In this document: piece by piece, positions 21,098-29,658 of the stretch | How the letters are laid out: the number at the start of each line of letters is the position of its first letter | Position numbering within the stretch: the first letter of the stretch is position 1 | From: Acidobacteriota bacterium | GTDB taxonomy: Bacteria; Acidobacteriota; Vicinamibacteria; Vicinamibacterales; Fen-181 | Direction: 5' to 3' | NCBI GenBank assembly: GCA_025363775.1 | Contig: JANYLG010000091.1 | Span: 7,655-71,654 of the forward strand | DNA length: 64,000 bases | Position numbers and translations under genes: made by a program | The notes under the pieces: model-generated | Told to the model about the DNA's origin: nothing | The model's database searches: none | Seen by the model: only the letters and a program-made list of their open reading frames with translations

Positions 21098-22033
21098 CTA
21101 CCGGCTCTGCTTCAAGTACTTGAAGAACTCACCGTCGGTTGACAGGATGAGCGTGGTGTCCGCTGCGAACGTCTTCCGGTACGTCTCCATCGTCTTCAGA
21201 AACTGGTAGAGCTCCGGGTCACGGCCGTAGGCCTCCGCGTAGATGCGCGTGGCTTCGCCGTCGGCCTTGCCCATCACCTCCTGGGCCTTGCGGTAGGCCT
21301 CCGACTGGATCCCCTTCAACTCGCGTTCCTTCTGGCCGCGGATCTCGGCCGCCTTGCCGTGGCCTTCCGATCGCGACCGCTCGGCGATGCGCCGGCGCTC
21401 GGAGATCATGCGCTCGTAGACCTTCTGCTGCACCTCGGCCACATAGTTGACGCGTCTGATCTGCACGTCAACCAGCTCGATGCCGAACTCCGAGACGATG
21501 TGGCGCGACTTGTCGAGAATGGCGCGGGTGATCTTGTCGCGCCCCATCGCGATCTTGCCCGCCACCACGGCCGCGCCCATGTCCACGTCGGCGTTCTCCT
21601 CGGTCTGTGGGAACGCCCGATCAGTGCTGCGGACGACCTCGATGAGATCGTTGTTGGCAATGACGTTGCGAGTCTCGCCATCGACGATGTCGTCGAGGCG
21701 CGATTGGGCGCTGCGCTCGTCGGTCACGCGCTGGAAGAAGAGGAGGGGATCCTTGATGCGCCAGCGCGTGTAGGTGTCCACCCAAATGTATTTCTTGTCC
21801 CGGGTGGGAATCTGGTTCGGGTCGCCGCTCCACTCGAGCCACCGCTTGTCGAAGGCGTGGACGGTCTGGATGAACGGCACCATCATGTGGAGGCCGGGGT
21901 CGGTGTGCGGCTGCCCGACCGGCTCGCCGAACTGGGTGATGATGACCTGCTCGGTTTCGGCGATCGTATAGACCGACATCCAGCAGGTGAGCAGTCCGAG
22001 GACGATGACGACGGCAAGGAGGAGGGGCTTCAC
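21098..22033 (-). CDS. hflC: Protease modulator HflC (SPFH/band-7)
   Basis: 311-aa ORF with an N-terminal TM segment and an SPFH domain (VIITQFGEPVG...). It follows hflK with a 1-nt start/stop overlap. Confidence 0.9.
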   Translation of the reverse strand: MKPLLLAVVIVLGLLTCWMSVYTIAETEQVIITQFGEPVGQPHTDPGLHMMVPFIQTVHAFDKRWLEWSGDPNQIPTRDKKYIWVDTYTRWRIKDPLLFFQRVTDERSAQSRLDDIVDGETRNVIANNDLIEVVRSTDRAFPQTEENADVDMGAAVVAGKIAMGRDKITRAILDKSRHIVSEFGIELVDVQIRRVNYVAEVQQKVYERMISERRRIAERSRSEGHGKAAEIRGQKERELKGIQSEAYRKAQEVMGKADGEATRIYAEAYGRDPELYQFLKTMETYRKTFAADTTLILSTDGEFFKYLKQSR

Positions 22034-23016
22034 TACTTCACCTCCTGCTTGGCAGGGTCGAGATTGATGAGTGGCAGGATCCCTTTCATCGACGAATCGA
22101 TGATGAGTTTCCGGCCCGTCTTCGGCAGCACCTCGTTCAACGTCTCGAGATACAGACGCTTGCGCGTGACGTCCGGGGCCTTGCGGTACTCGTCGTAGAT
22201 GTTGACGAAGCGGGCGACATCGCCGCGCGCGTTGTTGACGCGCTCGAGCGCGTAGCCTTCCGCGGCGCGCACGACCCGCTCGGCCTCACCACGCGCATTC
22301 GGGACGGTCTGGTTGTAGTCCGCCCACGCCTCGTTGATCAGCCGTTCCTTCTCCTGGATGGCCTGGTTGACCTCGTTGAACGCCGGCTTGACCGGGTCAG
22401 GCGGGTTCACGTCCTGCAGGACGATCTGGAGCACCTCGAGGCCGGTCTCGTACCGGTCGCACAGGCGTTGGAGCAGCTCCTTCCCGTCGACCTGAATCTC
22501 CTCGCGGCCGACCGTCAGGACTTCGTTGACGCTGTGGTCGCCCACGACCTGGCGCATCACCGCCTCGTTCATGTCGCGGAAGGTGGAAGGATCTCCACGC
22601 CGGGAGGCGCTGTCGAGGTTCCTGACCTTGAACAGATACTTGTAGGGGTCTTTCACCTTGTACTGCACGATCCACTCGACCACCGCGACGTTGAGATCGC
22701 CGGTCAGCATCAGCGACTCGGCCTTGGTCACGTCGCTCTGCTCGAACTGGGACTGCACCCCCGCTGCGGTGGTGCGAAATCCGAACTCGGTCTTCAACTG
22801 GCGCTGCACGGTGACGCGCTTTACCGTCTCGACGAACGGGATCTTCACGTGGGGCCCGGGATCCGTGGTCCGCACGTACCGGCCGAACCGCTGGACGACG
22901 CCCACTTCGTCGGCGTTCACCTGATAGTAGGTCGAGAAGAGGCCGACGAGGACGAACAGGATGAGAGCGATCCTGCCGATCATGCGCCCCCGACCCTGTA
23001 ACGAGAACGGGGGCAT
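22033..23016 (-). CDS. hflK: Protease modulator HflK (SPFH/band-7)
   Basis: I start the ORF 22033..23148 at the ATG at 23016 (MPPFSLQGRGRMIGRIALILFVLVGLF). An alternative ATG lies at 22983. The SPFH domain and coiled-coil C-terminus are present. Confidence 0.85.
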   Translation of the reverse strand: MPPFSLQGRGRMIGRIALILFVLVGLFSTYYQVNADEVGVVQRFGRYVRTTDPGPHVKIPFVETVKRVTVQRQLKTEFGFRTTAAGVQSQFEQSDVTKAESLMLTGDLNVAVVEWIVQYKVKDPYKYLFKVRNLDSASRRGDPSTFRDMNEAVMRQVVGDHSVNEVLTVGREEIQVDGKELLQRLCDRYETGLEVLQIVLQDVNPPDPVKPAFNEVNQAIQEKERLINEAWADYNQTVPNARGEAERVVRAAEGYALERVNNARGDVARFVNIYDEYRKAPDVTRKRLYLETLNEVLPKTGRKLIIDSSMKGILPLINLDPAKQEVK

Positions 23017-23360
23017 GCGGCCGACGTCAACGACCGATCGGGCTCGCCGCTGCCAATCAACGACATCCAAGATACACACTCCTCTCGCGACACCAGTCGG
23101 TGTGGCCCGCCACAATCGCGCCACTCCCGTCCGGACCGACGCACGCATTCACACACGCCATTCTAAGGCGCAGGCGTCGTCCGCCGCTGTTCCAATGTGA
23201 ACAGGCGGATGCGGCCCAACGCTGTCATGATGGCAGCGCGAACACACCGATGTTTCGACCGGTCACCACGGTAACACGCGCGTCAACGCAAGGCGCACCG
23301 CCCGCGTCTCACGACCCGCACGGAGTGGCGGCACGATGTACGGAAGCACGGAAACGACGT

Positions 23361-23541
23361 TCTAGCGAGGCGTGCCTCAGACCGCCGAACCTGGCGTGGC
23401 GGCCCCAAGGCACGCCCCGCTAGAACCAGAAACGCTGTTGGCTGGCCCCGCGAAGCGCGGGGCGTAGACGTCTTGAACGGCCGGACGGGCGTCGGCAGAA
23501 ACTTGACTCATTTGTGACGACTTTGGCCGTTCAAGACGTCT
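23361..23541 (-). repeat. Copy A of a 180/181-nt three-hairpin intergenic repeat (reverse orientation relative to copy B)
   Basis: Its reverse complement matches 58657..58836. A 127-nt block and a 17-nt block are identical between copies. The element starts 25 nt past the stop of the methyltransferase gene, in that gene's sense direction. Confidence 0.85.
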
Positions 23542-23566
23542 GGGTGTCGGGTCACAGCGCCGAAGG

Positions 23567-24172
23567 CTATGGCTGGAGTGTCTCGCACGGTTTCTGGTAA
23601 ACGCTGACCCGGGCGGGCGGCAGGTTCCACCACACGACATCCGATGCGAGGAGTTCGAAACGGGAGGTGCCGCGCGGCCGGCCGTTGCCCAGGTAATAGC
23701 TGTATTGAACCCACTTCCCGGCTGGGCGAAGAACAGCGCGGATTTTTCTGGCGAGAGCGTCAGCGGCCTCGGGTGCGAAGTTTCTCAGAGGCAGACTGGA
23801 AATGACCGCCCCTACGAAATTGAGCTGGCGGACGTGCTTCTTCAGCACGCGGTCAAGTTGAAACGCGTCACCGGTTATGATGTGGGCGCGGGGGAAGCGT
23901 TCGCGCAACAGACCGGCCAGCCGGGGCGATTTCTCAATGGCCACCAACCGGTCTTGCCGCAGACCGCGCTCGAGGAGGGCGTGAGTGACCGCTCCCGTGC
24001 CGGGGCCGAGTTCCAGAACGAACTCCCCTGGTTCGGGCGGAAGCCAGTTGGCCATGGCGCTGGCGAGGTTCTTCGAGCTGGGCAGAATCGCACCAATCTG
24101 TTGGGGACAAAGCAGCCATTCGTGGAGGAAAAGCGTCGTGGCACTCAGATTGGCGCGTAATTGCTTGGTCAC
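23567..24172 (-). CDS. Class I SAM-dependent methyltransferase (phospholipid N-methyltransferase-like, COG3963 type)
   Basis: 201-aa ORF. It has the motif I sequence VLELGPGTGAVTHALLERG and the family-typical N-terminus FLHEWLLCPQQIGAILPSS. Confidence 0.75.
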   Translation of the reverse strand: MTKQLRANLSATTLFLHEWLLCPQQIGAILPSSKNLASAMANWLPPEPGEFVLELGPGTGAVTHALLERGLRQDRLVAIEKSPRLAGLLRERFPRAHIITGDAFQLDRVLKKHVRQLNFVGAVISSLPLRNFAPEAADALARKIRAVLRPAGKWVQYSYYLGNGRPRGTSRFELLASDVVWWNLPPARVSVYQKPCETLQP

Positions 24173-24355
24173 TGTATGTTTCAGAAGACTTGGAACTCCA
24201 GCTTCAGACCTTCCGAATCATACCTGATATTGTCAGAGGCTGATCGTCGCGACCATTTTTCGGGTACCAGTCTCCCTTCCTCTTCCCAAAGAAGCGCGTC
24301 GCTGTCGCCATCGAGGCCTGGCCCGCTGCCGACCACGGTCAGATCCCAACTTCAT

Positions 24356-25189
24356 ATGGACGTACTTGAAGCACACGGAGAGTATAAGGTCGTCGTGCTG
24401 GTGGCCCACGGCCTGAATCTCCGAGCGCACGCGCTCCGCGATTTGTACGAACCGCTGCGCCAGCGCGGAGCGGCGATTGTCGTACTCCGGCTTCGAGGTC
24501 ATGCGAGCGATTCCGTGGGAGACGCGCCGATGCTCGAGGAATGGAAGAGCATCGGTCGGACCGCGTGGGTCGAAGACTGGCGGGAGTCGGCGCGCGTCGC
24601 GGAAGAGCTCGCGACAAGCCGCGGAGTACCGCTGGCTTTCCTGGGGTACAGCCTGGGGGCGCTGATTCACATCTATGGTCTTGCCACGGGCGAACGCGAG
24701 TCCAATCCGTTCCAGCGACAGGTCCTGCTGGCTCCGGCCGTCCGCGTGCGCCATCGAACCCGCTTGGTGCTCCTCTTCCGCCCGTTAGGCAGGCGGTTCA
24801 TCGTGCCCTCGCTTACCCCGGCAGAGATCCGCTCGCACCCAGGCACGAGCATCGCTGCCTACGAATCGCTCTTCGGCTACGAGGCCGCGCTGTCCGCACT
24901 CGACGACCCGAAGCGGGTGAAGATCCCGACGCTCGTACTCATGGCTCCCGGCGATGAGCTGGTGAGCCAGCGGCGACTCGTCGAGTGGATCGAACGCAAC
25001 GGGCTCAGGCCTGAGTGGAGAATGCGGGCCCTCTCCAAGGATTCCGCCACAGCACAGAGCTGGGTCCGGCACCATATCATCACCGAGCGCGGTCTTGGGA
25101 CGGCCGCGTTCGCGGCCCTGACACAGGTCATTGCGGATGCGTTGATCGACGGCGTGATGGACGCCAGCGCCGATGCCCACGCCATATAG
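24356..25189 (+). CDS. Alpha/beta-fold hydrolase (lysophospholipase-like)
   Basis: I start the ORF 24161..25189 at the ATG at 24356 (MDVLEAHGEYKVVVLVAHGLN). The nucleophile elbow is LGYSLGA. It is divergent from the methyltransferase across a lower-GC spacer. Confidence 0.75.
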   Translation: MDVLEAHGEYKVVVLVAHGLNLRAHALRDLYEPLRQRGAAIVVLRLRGHASDSVGDAPMLEEWKSIGRTAWVEDWRESARVAEELATSRGVPLAFLGYSLGALIHIYGLATGERESNPFQRQVLLAPAVRVRHRTRLVLLFRPLGRRFIVPSLTPAEIRSHPGTSIAAYESLFGYEAALSALDDPKRVKIPTLVLMAPGDELVSQRRLVEWIERNGLRPEWRMRALSKDSATAQSWVRHHIITERGLGTAAFAALTQVIADALIDGVMDASADAHAI

Positions 25190-25337
25190 ACGGGCGGGGC
25201 CGGCTCCTTCTTCGCGTCAGAACGTCACCCTCGGGCGGGGCCGCGCCCTGGCCGCCCGGACGATCCAGGAGCCGGATGGTGCTCGCCTGAGGACACCGAT
25301 GGCCCTATACTGCTGGCCTCATGGGAGGATCCCCAAC

Positions 25338-28300
25338 ATGGATGCGAAGACTGACCGGCCTCTACGGATGGGACTCGGCGCCCTGCTCGCCGTGGTGGCA
25401 GCCATCGGATTGTACGCGCAAGGGCAGGGCGGAGCGCCGGCGGGCGACCAACCCCTCGAACCGCTCCGGTTCCGGTATGTCGGCCCGGCCAGCGCGGGGC
25501 GCATCGCCTCGGTGGCCGGCATCCCCGGCGACCAGAAGACCTACTACGCGGGCGCCGCGTCGGGCGGCGTCTGGAAGACCACCGACGGCGGCCAGACCTT
25601 CGAGCCGGTCTTCGACGACCAGCCCGCCCAGGCCATCGGCGCCCTGGCGGTGGCCCAGTCCAACCCGAGCATCGTGTGGGCCGGCACCGGCGAGGCCTGG
25701 GCCATCCGCGATGCCGACGTCATGGGCGACGGCGTCTACAAGTCGGCCGACGCGGGCAAGACGTGGACGAACATGGGGCTGCGCGAAACCGGCCGCATCG
25801 GGCGAATCCTCATCCACCCGACCAACCCGGACGTGGTCTTTGCCTGCGCGCTCGGCCGCACCACCGGCCCGCAGGAGGAGCGCGGCGTCTTCCGTACGAC
25901 CGACGGCGGCCGGAACTGGCAGCGCGTGCTCTTCGTGAACCCCGACACCGGCTGCTCGGGAATCGACATGGACCCGAAAGACCCCAACGTGCTCCTGGCG
26001 GGCACGTGGGAAGTGGTGATGCACACCTGGGCGATGTTCAGCGGCGGACCTGGCAGCGGCGTCTATCGCTCGCGCGACGGCGGCGCCACCTGGCAGCGGC
26101 TCGATCACCCCGGCCTCCCGAAGTCGCCGGTGGGCAAAATCGACGTCGCCATCGCGCCGTCCAACGGCAAGCGGATGTTCGCCCTGATCCAGACGCCGAA
26201 CCAGGGATCGCTGTGGCGCTCGGATGACGCCGGCGATACCTGGAAGGCCGTCAGCTGGGACCGGCGGCTCATCGGCCGCGCCGGCTTCTACATCCGTGTG
26301 GCGGTCAACCCGCAGAACCCAGACGAGGTCTTCGTCGCCAACAGCAGCTTCCACCGCTCTACCGACGGCGGGCTGACCTTCCCGCCCAACACCACGCGCT
26401 GCGGCGACTGCCACGACATCTGGATTGACCCGAAGAACCCCGACCACTGGATCGTGACCGACGATGCCGGCATGACGATCACGCGCGACCACGCGAAGAC
26501 CAACATCAGCATCACGCTGCCGATCGGCCAGATGTACCACGTGGCCATCGACGACCAGGTGCCCTACTGGGTCTACAGCAACCGCCAGGACGACGGGACG
26601 ATGCGCGGGCCGAGCACGTCGCCGGTGCCGGTGACGAACGTGCCGTCCTACTCGGCGGCGCAGGGGGCGCGCGGCGGCGGATTCGGCGGAGGGGGTGGCG
26701 GCGGTCGCGGCGGCGCAGCCGTGGCGTGGCAGGCGGGCATCGGCGGTTGCGAGTCGGGCTTCACCATCGCTGTTCCCGGCAACCCGGACGTCGTCTGGGC
26801 GACGTGCTACGCCAACGAGGTGACCCGCTTCGACAACCGGCTGGGCAGCGCGCGGTCGGTGAGCCCGTGGATCCACACGCTCGACTCGGAGCCGAACAAG
26901 ACGAAGTTCCGCTGCCACTGGACGCCGCCGCTCGCGTTCGACCCGTTCGAGAAAGAGACCGTGTATTACGGCTGCCAGGTGATCTTCAAAACCGACGACC
27001 AGGGGCAGACCTGGAAGATCATCAGCCCGGACCTCTCGACGCAGGATCCGAGCCGGATCGTGTCCTCAGGCGGCATCGTCGGCGACAACCTCGGCCAGTT
27101 CTACGGCGAGGTGGTGTTCGCCATCGCACCGTCGAAGCTGCAGAAGGGGCTGATCTGGGCCGGCACCAACGACGGCCTGATCTGGTTCACGCGCGACGGC
27201 GGACGGAACTGGAACAACGTGACGAAGAATGTGAGCGGCCTGATGAGGTGGGGCACCATCCGCAAGATCGAAGCGTCGCGCTTCGACGCCGGCACGGCGT
27301 TCGTCGCGGTGGACTACCACCTCATGGACAACCGTGAGCCGTTCATCTATAAGACGACCGACTTCGGACAGACGTGGACGAAGCTCAGCGACGGCCTGCC
27401 GAAGGGCCACCCGCTGGCCTACGTCCTCTCGATCGCCGAGAACCCGAACCGGAAGGGCATGCTGTTCGCCGGCACCGGCAACGGCTTCTACTACTCGATG
27501 AACGACGGGAAGACGTGGACGCCAATCAAGGACGGCCTCCCCGCGGCGCCTGTCAGCTGGATCGAGGTGGAGCCGCGCTATCACGACGTCGTCGTGTCGA
27601 CCTACGGCCGCGGGCTCTACATCCTGCGCGACATCACGAGGCTGGAACAGCAGGACCAGGCGGACCAGGCTTCGGCGGCCTACCTGTTCGTGCCCCGGGC
27701 GGGCGTGCGCGAGGCGCGGAGCGGCAGCGCCGACTTCCTCTACTCACTGAAGACCGCGTCGGCCGACCGGGTGAAGTTCGAGATCGTCGATGCCGCCGGC
27801 GTGGTCGTCAGGCGGTTCGACGGCCCGGGCCGCGCGGGATTGAACCGCGCTGCCTGGGACATGCGCCACGATGGCCCCGCCCAGGTGGAACTGCGGACCA
27901 TCCCACCCGACAACCCGCACATCTGGGAAGAAGCGCGGTTCAAGGGGCGTGACACCCGGCCGATCGTCCACTGGGGCATCCAGGGCGCCCAGCGCCAGGG
28001 CCCGCTGGCGACGCCGGGGCGGTATACGGTCCGGATGTCCGTGGGCGGCGCCGCCTACGAACGGCCGGTGGACGTCCTCAAGAACCCGAAGATCCTGACG
28101 CCGGCCTTGGATCTTGCCGCCTCCACCGCGGCACAAGTGCGGATCCGCGACGACATCAACAAGACCGTGGCGATGATCAACCGCCTCGAGGTGATCCGAA
28201 AGCAGATCGAGGACCAGATCAAGACCAACGCCGGCAGGACGCCGGCCGAGCAGGCGCTCCAGGCTCTCGAGAAGAAGATGATGGATGTCGAGCTGCGGCT

Positions 28301-28568
28301 GCTGTCGAGGACCGACCTGCACAGCGACGACAAGTGGTACGTGGAGACCTACAAGGTCTACATGAACCTGCTGTGGCAGATGGGCGTGATCGGCTACGGC
28401 GCCAGCGATGTGGCGGGCGGGGCCGACTACCGGCCGACGGACGCGTCGCTGCAAGTGCTGGACACTATCGAGAAGGACCTGGCCGCGGCCGAGGCAGCCT
28501 ACACGACCTTGATCGAAAAGGATGTGCCCGCGTTCAACAAGTCAAACCCAAAACTCGCCATCAGGTAG
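25338..28568 (+). CDS. Secreted VPS10/sortilin-like BNR (Asp-box) repeat protein
   Basis: I start the ORF 25173..28568 at the ATG at 25338. Alternative starts are 25299 and 25368. Many Asp-box repeats are present (TTDGGQTF, SADAGKTW, TTDGGRNW, SRDGGATW, SDDAGDTW, STDGGLTF, TRDGGRNW). A Gly-rich linker separates two propeller halves. Confidence 0.8.
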   Translation: MDAKTDRPLRMGLGALLAVVAAIGLYAQGQGGAPAGDQPLEPLRFRYVGPASAGRIASVAGIPGDQKTYYAGAASGGVWKTTDGGQTFEPVFDDQPAQAIGALAVAQSNPSIVWAGTGEAWAIRDADVMGDGVYKSADAGKTWTNMGLRETGRIGRILIHPTNPDVVFACALGRTTGPQEERGVFRTTDGGRNWQRVLFVNPDTGCSGIDMDPKDPNVLLAGTWEVVMHTWAMFSGGPGSGVYRSRDGGATWQRLDHPGLPKSPVGKIDVAIAPSNGKRMFALIQTPNQGSLWRSDDAGDTWKAVSWDRRLIGRAGFYIRVAVNPQNPDEVFVANSSFHRSTDGGLTFPPNTTRCGDCHDIWIDPKNPDHWIVTDDAGMTITRDHAKTNISITLPIGQMYHVAIDDQVPYWVYSNRQDDGTMRGPSTSPVPVTNVPSYSAAQGARGGGFGGGGGGGRGGAAVAWQAGIGGCESGFTIAVPGNPDVVWATCYANEVTRFDNRLGSARSVSPWIHTLDSEPNKTKFRCHWTPPLAFDPFEKETVYYGCQVIFKTDDQGQTWKIISPDLSTQDPSRIVSSGGIVGDNLGQFYGEVVFAIAPSKLQKGLIWAGTNDGLIWFTRDGGRNWNNVTKNVSGLMRWGTIRKIEASRFDAGTAFVAVDYHLMDNREPFIYKTTDFGQTWTKLSDGLPKGHPLAYVLSIAENPNRKGMLFAGTGNGFYYSMNDGKTWTPIKDGLPAAPVSWIEVEPRYHDVVVSTYGRGLYILRDITRLEQQDQADQASAAYLFVPRAGVREARSGSADFLYSLKTASADRVKFEIVDAAGVVVRRFDGPGRAGLNRAAWDMRHDGPAQVELRTIPPDNPHIWEEARFKGRDTRPIVHWGIQGAQRQGPLATPGRYTVRMSVGGAAYERPVDVLKNPKILTPALDLAASTAAQVRIRDDINKTVAMINRLEVIRKQIEDQIKTNAGRTPAEQALQALEKKMMDVELRLLSRTDLHSDDKWYVETYKVYMNLLWQMGVIGYGASDVAGGADYRPTDASLQVLDTIEKDLAAAEAAYTTLIEKDVPAFNKSNPKLAIR

Positions 28569-28732
28569 GGGCGAGGGTCGCCCAGGTTGCTGACGACCGG
28601 CTCAACGTCGAGGTAGCCTCGCCCGCGCGGTTTCCGGCTGCTGGCAGTCTGCTGTGGCGGCGAGGTGTGTTGGGGTAAGTGTTGGGGTAAGATGAATCAT
28701 CAACCACATTCACACCGGAAGGAGATCCGCGG

Positions 28733-29227
28733 ATGATGATCAAGGACGCGCTGTTGCCGGAGTTCGACCACGAAATGGCCTTGACGCGCAAGGTGCTTGC
28801 GCGCATTCCCGAGGATAAGTTCGGCTGGCAGCCACACGAAAAATCGATGACCCTCGGCCGGCTGGCCGGGCACCTGGCCGAGATTCCCGGCTGGGTGAAG
28901 GAATCGCTGACACAGGACTCCCTCGACATGGGCGGCGAGCACAAGCCCGACGTCCTCTCCACGCGGGACGAGGTGCTCGCCAAGTTCGACAAGATGGTGG
29001 CGGTGGCGCGGCCGCTGATCGAGGGTGCCAGCGACGCCCAGTTCATGGCGCCGTGGACGCTGAAGAACAAGGGCCAGGATCTCTTCACGATGCCGAAGAT
29101 CGCCGTCGTGCGGACCTGGGTCTTCAGCCACGCGATTCATCACAGGGGCCAGATGAGCGTGTACTTGCGCCTGACCGGCGTGCCCGTACCCTCTATTTAC
29201 GGGCCGAGCGCCGACGAAGCGAACTAA
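28733..29227 (+). CDS. DinB-family (DinB_2) four-helix-bundle metalloprotein
   Basis: 164-aa ORF. The sequence ...KFGWQPHEKSMTLGRLAGHLAEIPGW...HHRGQMSVYLRLTGVPVPSIYGPSADE shows typical DinB-superfamily His motifs. Confidence 0.85.
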   Translation: MMIKDALLPEFDHEMALTRKVLARIPEDKFGWQPHEKSMTLGRLAGHLAEIPGWVKESLTQDSLDMGGEHKPDVLSTRDEVLAKFDKMVAVARPLIEGASDAQFMAPWTLKNKGQDLFTMPKIAVVRTWVFSHAIHHRGQMSVYLRLTGVPVPSIYGPSADEAN

Positions 29228-29658
29228 CAGGACACTGAACATCGCGTCCTGAATGCGGGAGGCAGTCCAGCCGGTCGATCCGCCTGGCGGCAGGTCGGAC
29301 CCGGCTGCGGCTGCAACGTAACCGTGAACCCCTGGGGTATCGATCCAGGACTCCGCACCGCCCCCGCCGCCGGGCACCGGGTCGCACGCCGGACGGTTCA
29401 CGGTCTACGAGGCAGAGAACCTCGCTTCGATCTCGACCCGATCGCCCACCTGTCTCTCGATCAACGTGAAATCCTTGTTGGTCGTGTAGCCGACCGTCTC
29501 GATGCGGGCCCCGACGTCCTTCCGGTCCCACACACCTCGATCCGGACGTTGCCGCGGAACGTTCACCCGGCCGCGGCGAACCGTTGACGCCACAGGTGAC
29601 AGGCCGCTAGAGTTCGAGTGTCCGGCTGACACTCCCTTTCCCTATTGAGGAGATTGCC

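Noticed and set aside
23377-23640. ORFs running through the two repeat copies (23377..23640 -, 23508..23714 -, 58612..58977 +, 58692..59198 -). They share a short RRLERPKS peptide.
   Set aside because: The shared peptide is just the translated 17-bp hairpin arm. The 1-nt indel between copies puts the rest in different frames, and the sequence is dominated by hairpins. I treat it as non-coding.
28667-28690. A tandem duplication GTGTTGGGGTAA x2, 43 nt upstream of the DinB-family gene.
   Set aside because: It is real in the sequence but has only two 12-nt units. It could be a slippage scar or part of a promoter, and no further evidence makes it a feature.
29405-29632. A 75-aa minus ORF upstream of ppk2. 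Its end (..VGDRVEIEARFSAS) faintly resembles the C-terminus of the TonB receptor at 33710 (..VGARVIQLQARFSF).
   Set aside because: The similarity covers only about 13 residues with a gap. The terminal aromatic residue is missing and the rest of the ORF is Arg-rich. At most it is a tiny remnant, which is too weak to annotate.
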